64,000 bases of DNA from Styela clava (Eukaryota). The stretch lies in contig NC_135253.1 in the NCBI RefSeq assembly GCF_964204865.1, positions 14,322,001-14,386,000 of the forward strand, given 5' to 3'. Below, piece after piece: positions 45,601 through 57,600 of this stretch. Each line of letters opens with the position of its first letter. Positions within the stretch are counted from its first letter, which is position 1. A program made the translations under genes and the position numbers. The notes beneath the pieces are model-generated. The model did no database searches and had not been told where the DNA came from. It saw only the letters and a list, made by a program, of their open reading frames with translations.

Positions 45601-48600
45601 CGTCATTAAAATTGAATAACAAGATGATATGGGCCAGTTGCCTAAAGTTATATATACATGAATTATAACGATCCCAAGAATCAAAATTTAAAACAATTTT
45701 TCAACATCAGAACTTTAAAAATTCCTAGTTACCAAATTCGTGGCATCTGAAAGTGATAATGAGGTACAATTTGGTCAAATTAAGATAATTCGTTAAAAGA
45801 GAAATACCCGCAATTCTGCTAAATATTTAAACATTTTTGAGATTACCACTGGCAAGCTAGCAGTAATGACCTCGGGCATCATTTTGGGAATTATAATAAT
45901 AATAATATCAAGATTATATACAGAATGAAAGTAGGTTCAAAACTACGGATGGCATGAATTAAGACAGCGTTATTGTGATTGTTTTAATTTAACTGGAATT
46001 AGAAGCAAATGAAGCAAAATCTATGTCCTGCCAATCTTTTGATGTCACTCCTATATGTCAAGTAAATGTCAAGTTTCAAATCCACGAATACCATAAATAG
46101 TCGCGGTATCGGGAGATTATTTTATCAATATATATCAATATTTTGATTTTTAATCAACGAAAAATTTCTATTTCGATTTGGTTTGGACATAATTAGACGA
46201 GATTATTTTACGTATAGCATAACAGCTTCAACAGCACATCATTTACCTGCCAGAAGGCATGAACGGTACGGCCCCATGATCTTTCGAACGTCATGCTCGG
46301 AGTTGTTTAACGGACAAGATAATCTTATTAACGCAAATTAGGGTATGGTGCGTAAAATACCTCTCATACCCTATGTACATTTTATTACGAATGAAAACAT
46401 ATAAATTAAACAGCAAACTAGACATAAAATTTGACACTAAAACCATCTTAAAAAGTATGGATTGTATACGGAGAGCTTTGGTCACTTTATCAAGATAGTG
46501 CGAATCCGACAATTGTGGAAATATACACATGAGGTCCGAGTAAAAAGTTTGGGCACATGTTGAAACAACTACCACTGGTGCATGACATTTAAGGTGGGAC
46601 GATGAAAACAGGGGAGTACATTGTACTGTACATTATATATCTGCTCTCCAGCTGAGAAGTGATTAGCAACCAGTCAAAATATGTGTTCTGTTGCTATCTA
46701 GATCAAACAATTTGCCTACTTTCAAAATCGTTCGTCAATTCGGTAACTGACGTAATGCATTTTTGGGCAGCTTCAAAATTAATTATCCTGTTAATTTAAT
46801 TTATCTCGGAGGAAAAATTTATGCTATTACTCTCAATGACAATAAACAATCGAAATATGCATATTTCCGTATGAATTTTGAAAAGAGATTTAAAGTGGCA
46901 AAAATATTTCCAGAAAAATTCCACATTTATAGACTCATTGTAATTGCTGGCTTATAAACCGATTAGAAAAACTGTCATACAAAGAAAAATAATTTTACGT
47001 TGCTGTTTATCTATTATCTTTAATCAATAATGTCGTCAAAATCTAAAGGGTTTATACAAAATAATTGCTAAGATTATCAATCAAATTTAAGTAAGAATGA
47101 CATTATAACGCCCACACAAAACCTTTTTGATACCCAACAACTGATCAATGAAATTCCACGCATTAGTACAAGAAAATGTTTTCCCATGATTTCAATTTTA
47201 TGATAAAATATAATCTGAAGGCGTCATGGGCGGGCTTTACGTAGACGGGCTGTCTGAAAGTGCCTCCATACAAAGTCAAAATGCGCGACCAAATTCAACT
47301 ATAGGGACACAAAAGAATATCAGCTGGAAGTTCATTATCCCGTAACACAATAGAATTCATTAAATGTTATGAAATCACAAGGTCGCGGGATTATTTCTTA
47401 AGACTTTGTCGGTCCGTATCAGATCAAACACAAACTGCCATTGTGTTGACAAAGGTTGAAAATGTCACACGAAATATTATTTTGCATCTGACGCCAAAAG
47501 ACAAAAATGTAAATATAAATATTATCCGAGATTTGATATTAAATTTTGATGAAAGATGGTGGTGTTATAACACGAAAAGAGAACAGAAAAAAGTTGTTCG
47601 AGAACTGCGATCTTGCTATATTTCTGTAGTCAATTTGTATAGTTTGGTCCACAAGTTTTAATCAACAATAAAATTGAGAAATATATTATAGTTTAACTAG
47701 AATTAACATAACCAGCATAATAAGACTCTGGATACTGAATGCAAATTGCGTCACCACAACAACTACCTCATATTACACAACACTATTTATTAAGTAGATT
47801 AACCGATTAGGTATTTTTCAAATATTGTTATTGTTTAAAAGTTTTTGTTATCTTGACGTCATTATGATGTCATAACCCGCTGTTGTTTGTCTCGAATTAG
47901 TTTCCTAACCATTCTCCATTCTCGAAGATCCGCTTGCCTGAAGCGTTTTTTATGTTTATTGATTTTCTGCGAACAGCAGCAAATTTCAAAAAATATATTC
48001 GGTCGTTTTTATAAGCAACATAGAGTGAATGACATCCCAAACATTTTGAGAATGGAATCACAAGTTTAAATATATTCTATACACTAAATTTACTGTGAGC
48101 AATATTTTGTTCATAATGTACCATGTCGTTGGAGACAGGTGATAAAATATTCGAAAGGAAATTAGCAAATATCATATTAATGTCTTGGAAAAAGTCGTTA
48201 GAAATGAATATACTACTAATTCAGAAATAAAAATTCTTGGTTTACATAGAGTATCAGGCTTCTCCATAATATATCAATCACATATTCGAAACCCATACAC
48301 TATGCGACCCTTAAATTCCATCCAATGATAAAAGGATGAGTTTTAATCTTGTTATAATTGATCACCATCGGAATGCACAACAGGAAAGTAATAATACTGC
48401 TTCCACTCCATTTGGGTAATTCGTTTTAGTTCGATCGCAATATTGAGATGATTTCTAATATAATGTGTCCATTAAGTCTGATGTTTGTCAAGAAGAACAA
48501 TCTAATAAAGAAAAGCTGAAAACATGCGACGGTCTGCGTTTCGTGGAATCGCAATTTCATAGGAAAATGAATTGATGACGTATTACACAACACTGGTGTT

Positions 48601-51600
48601 TCCATGTTTCGGCATAAAAACAAACTACTTTTAGGAAACCGGATGACAGAAAACATCCAAGAAAAACGATCAATTGTAATAAATCAGTATTGGTATTGAA
48701 TATAACAGAAGAATTGGATTTTATCATTATACCCAACAGGTATATATATTCAGTACATCAACTCATACTAATTCCCAACTTTAATTGCAGATACGATCGT
48801 CGGTTCACACGGTATATATGGTACAAATTGCATTGACGGATCTCTTGGTGTGCGCAGTATGGTTGGTCCTAACAAGCGTCATCATACACAACCTACTACT
48901 AGAGACACGCGATTCTCCATCTTATGGTAAGTAATATCAATCTCAACAACACTGATATGTTTATTTGCGTTGCGTTTACGTTTGGCCTTTTGGTACCAAG
49001 AAGTGTTTACGTCAGGAATACAATGCGATTGTTTGATAACCACACCAAAACATTTATATAGCAATACTGTGTGATATTTTCCATCAAAAGATTCAATAGG
49101 GGCACACCCATGAACGCACAAAAATAAGATAACGATTCTGAAGCTTTGTGTGATAAGAATTTGCTAGAGTCTTACAGAGCAGATGGCGCATTTATTTCTG
49201 GCGTGGACAAATCAACAAACGTGATGTAACCATCGATATCAAATGTCAGCTAGTAATATAATAAATATTAGCAATACATGATAAACTATTGAGCAACGGG
49301 GCCTTTAGCAATTGTTACTCACACATTGGGCAAAAAAGAATCGTGGGAAACTCAAGGCAAAACATAACCAAAATGCGCAACTGCTTTATTTAGAGAAAGT
49401 TTTGCATACAAGAATGATATATCATACAAATAAAACAATGAAATTGGGGAAAGCTAACGAGGTGTATCTATGCGTAACGGCATTTGAAATACCGATATAG
49501 TGCACGTATTCGTAAGGGGCATATAGTGATCATTATTTTTAATTTTCGAGTAAATGAAGAAATGAGATTTGCAATGGATCAACGCAGTGAATTTTTTTTA
49601 TTTTTGAAATAACGATCGCTTACCCTTACTCTATTTGCAATTGGGGATGGGTTACAACCCCATAAGTTTCCATCCTGCTATCATATGATATCGGAGATTA
49701 CGATTCCGCGATAAAAGTTAAAAATCGGTTTTAATATTTACCGAGACAGAGGCCATTTTGGCATTGGTCAATAGTTTGTGCAAACAGTACCCGTGCGTGC
49801 AGAATACGTTGGTCGAAGATAGCTTTACTTTCTCTTCCTCACGCTATCAAAGCAGGCTTTGTCACGCAGGTAGAAAGCATGTCAAAACTTTAGCGAAACC
49901 AGGTTTCAAAATAAAATATCGAATCACGGGTGAACGAGAAGGTGAGCTACATCACGTGCATTCGACGATCAGATAAAAGGGGGTGGAGTTTGTTGCGAAC
50001 TTGGTTTAAACACCATAAAATCGAATAATTATTTTACAATTAATCACATACACCAATCATTCAGGAATAAAATAGGTAAAAATGATTGTACTCCCATTAA
50101 TTTCTCTTTCAACTTAATACTACAAAACAAGCCGTAAGTTATTGGGACGACCAAGAACGTGTTGGGGTACATTCCAATCGTGGTATATGGGTCATGTGTA
50201 CATCAACCTTTTTGTAATATAATGCCAAATCCACTCGTGGGAACACACTTCGAAAAAACCAGAAAAAGGTGATAGGAACGAACCAAATACATCGTCCAAG
50301 GTGGCAAATTTCTCATTACAAAATAGTTCACTTTGACGTAAAAAAGCTTTACATTGTGCAATTCACAACCTCTGTGTTCATCGAAATATCAAACCTTCGT
50401 GAGCCAAATCAAATTTGTAGAATATCACATTGGTTTGAATTTTGTACACCATGGTAAAGCCAGCCTGGAAATCTCAAGAACTAAGTTTGAGGTGTTCTTT
50501 TACAAAACTAAGGCCCCAGAAGTCGAGTTAATCTCTTGCGCGCGGCTAAAAAGAGATTCTTGATGTGATTTGTTTACATACGCACAAAGAGCTTTTATCT
50601 ACGCCTAACCCGTCACGCGATTGTCGATGAATTGGGAAGATGAGATAGGTTTACGATTACGTGGCTAAAATGGACAGTATCTCCCTTTCGGCGCACGCTA
50701 ACCTTGTATGTATGTCTTTTTGTGATGGTTGTGGCCAGCTGAAAAAGTTACAGACTATTAATACTATTTTTTCTATAAGAAAATCAGTTTTAAAAATCGA
50801 CTTTCCGGAAGACTATTTGACACATGCATATTGTTAAGAAAAAATAAAACGGGAAACGGAGGAGGCGGTTTTCCATAACCCTGTATTTAGCCGTAAGTCT
50901 TGATGGCAATGAAAAATTTATGAAAATATCAATCATTATTTAAAAATACCATGTGTGATATATAGGCGTATTGGATCATTCGATCGAGATTCGTATAAAA
51001 TATAAACTCTTATTATAAGGATAATAATGTTAGGTCGGGCAGAACAGCCCAAATCCGATAACGCTGGTCTACGCTTCGGCGAGCAAGACGACATAATACT
51101 TTAATTTCTAGTTTAGAGCCGAGTGTAGTGAATCACCTTGTCGACACGCGGAATGCATAAACATATATGAATCCTGAGATGGTACAAAAAAAGATAACAG
51201 TTTCATAGGTGATCGTGTTTTTGAAGAATGAAAAATCTAAAACCTAATCATAATGTTGCCCGAGGCTATTTGAAGCAAATAAATAGTTTTTTTTCATGTC
51301 AACTTCAAACTCAAATCTATTTGGCGCTTATAACTTTGCATTACGTGCGCCAAATATATTAAATGGCAACATGCTTGGGAGGATAATTAAACCATTTATC
51401 TGATAATAGTGTTAGTGACGTGGTTTGTCAACCCAGCGCGAAGAAGATGAATTGAGATTATCCCTAGAGATTCGCCGGGTGGTATAGTAATAATAATAAA
51501 AACAATATGCAACGACGACTATTTGCGGCATACCTGCATCCTGGTTTTAATCTAGTAGAATGTTAACTAACAATTTCTAGGAAAAACTTATCAACTCGCA

Positions 51601-54600
51601 ATAGGCTACGGATTATGGCCTATAACCTACCGAGTACGTACACAGTAACTAAGTACAAGATATAAAGGGGCAAGGGATCTACTGAAATGGTGATTCCACC
51701 AACAATACGAAAAATTCATTTTTCACACTCGCAATTGTAAAGAAAAAGAAAACTGTAAACCAGTAGTAGTTTGTGAAAAACTACTGAATAAAAATCAAGT
51801 ATATGAACACAATGATTTATCTAAGGCTTAGCCCCGAAAGTTTTAGTACCGTTAGACGCTGAACCACATACAGTCGTATGCAATGGTCACACAGTTAATA
51901 AATACGAAACTTCTGCTCTCTGATGGCTAACAAAAGTGAAGACAATAACTATATACATATAAAGTATATAAATTAACGTGACAATTCTACTTTTAGAACC
52001 GAACCACACGGAAGAAGTGGAAACAAATGAATCCTCTGAATACGCCACAATCACTGAGGATCCTCAGGCTGGTCCAATTCAATATCGGACATGGAGAATA
52101 ATGTATACATGGTACAATTTTCACTATTACACGAACATATTCCTGTTGGCAAGCATGAGCGTGGAGCGTTGCGCAGCTGTCTGGAAGTCAATGAGATGTC
52201 AAAGATATCAGTACAACGTAAGTCATATACTCATTAATAAAAGATTTGTGGATGTGATTTCGTCATCATCTCCACAACAACGACCCACTATTTCGACTCC
52301 GTTCCTTGACTTGTTCGTTTATGATGAAATCCTTCGAACAGATTATCACCCAGGGATGAACAATTCAAAATAGGTTGGTTCATCTCGTATTCAAAATGGT
52401 GTACACCGCAAAATGAAAAATAAATTTTTTCTGCCGTGTGTTCCTGGTGCAGTGATTCATATCTCAAAATCACCAATTTTGACTTAGCGGATTTGGGTAT
52501 CAGATTTCAAGGTAAAAAAACGGTGTCAAGTTTCCTTGTATGACCTAGTTGTTTAGCAGATATATCTCAGAATGATTTAACCTCAAATTTAGCTAACCAC
52601 TGCGGTTAGCTGCGTTTTGACATTATTGCGATTGGCATTCATTTTGGCTCCTCAAGATAATGATTTTGGCTATAGCAGATATATCTCAGAATGATTTAAC
52701 CTCAAATTTAGCTAACTACTGCGGTTAGCTGCGTTTTGACATTATTGCGATTGGCATTCATTTTGGCACCTCAAGATAATGATTTTGGCTAATTACTGAA
52801 TGAAATGGCCCCGACACATACTGGGATCTACAAAAAGCCAGTATAATATTCAAACACAGTATTCATTTTACGAAGAATAATTTCAATTATAGCACCAATA
52901 TAATTTATTCTAAACATTGACATATAGCATATGTGAAATTGTAGTTGTTATCCAAGAAAATGCAATTGTTAGAATTATGATTTATCATTTCGATTTTAAA
53001 CAGAGAAAAATCATCATCGGCGTCAGTATTTTAATGTGGATTCTGGCGTTTGTTTTTGTACTACCAAATTTGATTGATCCTGATTTGATGGTAAGCGACA
53101 GTGACTCTCCGAGTAGCGTAAGTCGAACGATCAAGTCAGAAGAAATTCCTTCAGTAAGTCCCCAGGAATGGGACGAAAAAACTTCAGATGCACTACAGCA
53201 AGTTTTTCGCGATCGCGCTTTAAAGCACAACGAATTGATCGGAGTACCGAGAAGGTTAGTTCACACATTACTTTCATTACAAGATAACTTACGTTGCTAT
53301 TCCATTCCTAGTAAATGTACTTTACTTGGGGAGATTAAAATCGAACTGTACCCTTAATATCAATTCACATTTTCTTATTTTTATTTCAGTGGAAAGATCA
53401 AAGTTGACGAAATCGGCACAGGTAATTTTATTACTGTTACTAGTTAATCATATTAAATTGAGAGAAATAAATAATCTATGAATATATTTCTCGAGTAAAA
53501 AAGGAGTTATGTAGCAGCGGATTAAGCTGTTCGCCGCTCGGCATCAACGACTAATCAGAATCAATTTTTCAGTAAATCCAATCCTTGTCCAGTGTTTGAG
53601 GTCACTAACTAAATTAAAAACTAACAAAATAATTTTTTGCCCGATACAGACCCTTTGGAGAGACCTTTTGATGCTGAAGTGAAAATATACAAGGCAGATT
53701 TGGAAACACTTTATGAATGTTACACTCTGATGCTACATGCGTACAACAATAACAGAGACTATGTACGTGATCACGGAGCAATAACGATCGAAGGTTGTCT
53801 GACAAGCATAGTGGGAATTATGCATGCCTACTCCGCGGAGTTCAGAAACGCATCAGCAAATAGGGGAGACGATGGGCCAATCCTTGATTATTCAAGTGAG
53901 TAACAAACATAGCGTACTGCATAACTAAATCAAACGAATTCAGCTATGTCAATATACTTGTGTCACTTAATGAAAAATATGACGCAAATTTCAAACCAAA
54001 TTCAACGCATTTGACACAATTATTTTGATTCATATCCATCTGTCGATTGTAATCGAGAATTAACATGGAAATTCCATTTCCAGCTGACTACTATCAACCA
54101 TTTAATGACCTTTACGAAAATTATGGCACTGATCCATACGATGAAATGGGCAACAGGGAACCACCACTAATCCCCGGAGACGACTCGATGATTAAACCAG
54201 AAATATATAACAACGAAACTGGAGTTCTGGTGAGTGATATTATATATGGCTGGTTGTCAAGACGTGACAATATCGTACCAATTATATAAAATAAAAAGTA
54301 TTATAATTGCATTTATAATATTCGGCATTGCGTCATTACATTACCGAAACCAAATTGAACAACTGGCTTGCAAAAGCAATAGTGAGAAATTAAGTAACAA
54401 GATTATTCTATCTTGTCCACAGGAAGCAGTAGAAAAGCACTTTTATCAAGAGCTATTGGCTGACGCTGTCAAGACTCTATTGGAACATCATCACAATGCA
54501 AGCCAGAATGAAGCCTGCGATCCAAATTTGTCAGACGCGGCAAGAGTATACGTTCTTGTCGTAAATTTGGTGCTGGGTTTCTTTGTTCCATTCTCCATCA

Positions 54601-57600
54601 TCGTTTTCAGTTATGTCTCTATTGCATATATGATAGGAAAGCGAGCACGCAGTCGAATGAATCCCGGCATTAGTGAAACCTCTACAACACATTTCGCGCA
54701 CAACTACCTCCAAAACCAATCGACCACAAACATCCCACTGGGACCGATTAATATGAGAGAAAAGCATTCCCGCACACGAAGAGATTCAATGGGACGTCGC
54801 ATGTCTGACTTTATGAGATACGTTGTTTTACGAAAACCACAAGGTGGTGCAGACAATCGTACGTATTGGACTGAAAGCGATCGCGGAGAGACACCTTCTG
54901 GAAGTATGCACAAATCGCCATATTCCGCTTCTTCCAGGCCGTACGAAGACTCGAGCAGTGCAAACGGTAAATCTGACGGCTTCAGTCCATCCGGGAAGTT
55001 GTCCGCAAAAACGCCAGAAGAAACCAAATCTTCGTCTTCGTCGCCTGAAGACGATCCATTATACGACGAAGAACTTCAAGAAGCTATAAGGCAATTGAGA
55101 TCAGTACAAATGCGGGGCACTGCCGGAAATGACACAAACACAAAAGTGAATCCGAGGATCAAAAAATATTCTTTTTGTTTTGATGCAACTAACGAAAATA
55201 TACCTCAGACGATCGAAGAACATCCCTATGAAATGGAAGAAAATGATGACGACGAAAGCTTTCTCACTACGAGTAACAGATCGAGCGCCAACGAAGTTTT
55301 GCAATCAGGGGCAACCAATCACGCTTCACTGTTATTAATGCAGCGTAACCCCAGGCGGGAAAGTGGAGGATCCTACGGGAGCTCAATGGATAGTATGGCT
55401 ACTGATCAAACGTCTTTGCACACCAGTCTTCATGATAAGCGTTATTCTGCAGCGACAACAATGTCTGCGCTTACGCCACCCACACCTATTGAGCCGAGCA
55501 ACCCGAATGCAAATGCATTTTTCCCACCTGATGAAAAGTTACCATACAATCGATCACAAAGTGCCGAATCAGGGTATCCATTATTGGGAGATAGAACAGA
55601 TGGACATCACTCTGGGGACCAACGATCTCCAAGACCCAACAAACCCGGCTCGCAACTCAACGACATAAAATTAAAATTATATCGAAACTCACTAAGAAAA
55701 CAAGGAGATGATACAGATATCGGAGCGCTACTTTCAAAAGAAAATGACGGTCATTCTTCACCTGATATAAGCAAAACTGACCAAGGTTAGTTGTAAAACA
55801 TCGATGATCGCCTTTTAGAGTTCATATTATTGTATAGGGCAAAAAGTGTTTGGACTCGTTGTCGAGCGGAAAGCACTTTTATCACCGGTGGGATGTTGAG
55901 GAAAATCTCAGTGCTCATTTGTTACGATTTTACAAACATTTTTTCGACAATACATAAAAATATTTGTTTTCTTTTCGCCACAGCCTCTACCTCATCAACT
56001 GTTACTAAACCTACAGCGCGTGAGCGATATTCTTATCCGAGAATGACCAGAAGTAAGTCTGCTCCAGGAGACCATATTAATTCTGTGAAACATGGAAAGA
56101 GATCAGGCGATGATCATGGACAAAGTAGCATATCACAGTATCCTAAATACCACAGGCAAAATTCGTCAACGTCGACAGTATACTTTCAGCGGGGTCGAAC
56201 TTATTCTACAACATCAAGAGGTAGTGTCGGAGGTAGGCATATTAGAATCAACATTGTTTTGCTTTTTTACAATAACAACAACTCATATTTCTAATGAAAA
56301 TGACACATTTATTCTAATGATAATGACACATTTTTCCAGGTACCAGTATTTTGCACAAAACCATGGCACGAAAAAATGCAGAACGTCATCTTCGGGTTTC
56401 TCGCACTGTACTCGCCTACGTCATCGTTTTTGCCATTTGCTGGCTGCCTCAGCGTATCACTTACCTTCTCTACGTCATAGAGGTAAGAGATTCAAGATTA
56501 AATTTGAAATAAATATCTTACAGAGCCACTATAACCAAGCGCTATGGTAAAGTAACAATTACCAGTAAGAAAACGGTACTTTTTTTTTGGAAGTTCTCTG
56601 ATTATATAATTTATTTTGCAGGCATTAATGGGAGCTACAGACGATATTTGCATCAAGCTAATATCGGGGACCAGATTGCTGAGTTTCATAAGCGTGCTTC
56701 TCAACCCTGCGGTATACATCATGACACAACGGGATATACGAGCTTATATTCGTAATAGTTATTGCGTGACTAAACTGCGTCACTGGTACACAAAGTGCAC
56801 ACGCAAACGACACGTCAGAGCGGAGTACAACGCAGCTAGAAGTCGTGATAATGAAGAAACCACCGATCGAAAACATGACATTGAACTTCAGATTAGACAT
56901 GACCAGGAAATAGAGAAAGAATTATCAAGTAATCGTCAAACAAATGGTGCTCGGCCAAATTTCCGCGTGGCGAGTCCACAACGTATGTCCAGCCCACAGC
57001 GACCTGCAATACATGCGAGGAAAAACCAAAGTGGTACAACTCATGAAACATTTGCACCGACAACTGCAATTTTGCGACGTGGTGCCACAACGATTGATGA
57101 GATGAAAGAAGAGGAAGAAGCTGCGGAAGAAAGCCTCGAAAAGGAAATGAAAAGAATCGCAGCGGAAGAGGAAAATTGCCGCAAAGATGATATAAATAAA
57201 AACTGGTTGGAATCCTCAGAGGACGATATTATATCTGCAAAAAATACTTCAGGCAGTGGGAATAAAACATCAAGTTCTAGCTCAAAATCAGAAAACTTTG
57301 AAGAATTTTGGATGCGTTGGTTGAAAAGTGGGGGAGCTGAACTTTTGTCACCAGCCAATGGAAATTTATCAAGCACTGACACCCCAAGTAGAATAGACCC
57401 TAGTCTTGCAGAACTGGATGACATTGTACAAACAAAAATACCAAATGGCACAAATAATGAAATAAGTGAAACGATGATATTGAAATAGCAAAAACAATGC
57501 AATCTACAAGTAAGAAGTGAAATTATCCCCTGACCATATTTGGGTTCAAAAAATAGGTACGTCAGCTATGCTTCAAAACCCAATCTATATTTACGAACAA

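Noticed and set aside
54234-55790. 518-aa ORF as a standalone single-exon gene
   Set aside because: It is GPCR exon 8 plus in-frame intron read-through; it has splice sites at 54423 and 55785 and holds only TM5 of the 7TM core.
54531-57502. Antisense and alternative-frame ORFs overlapping GPCR exons (e.g. 57041-57502, 54704-55027)
   Set aside because: These are shadow ORFs of GC-richer coding exons with no independent motifs.
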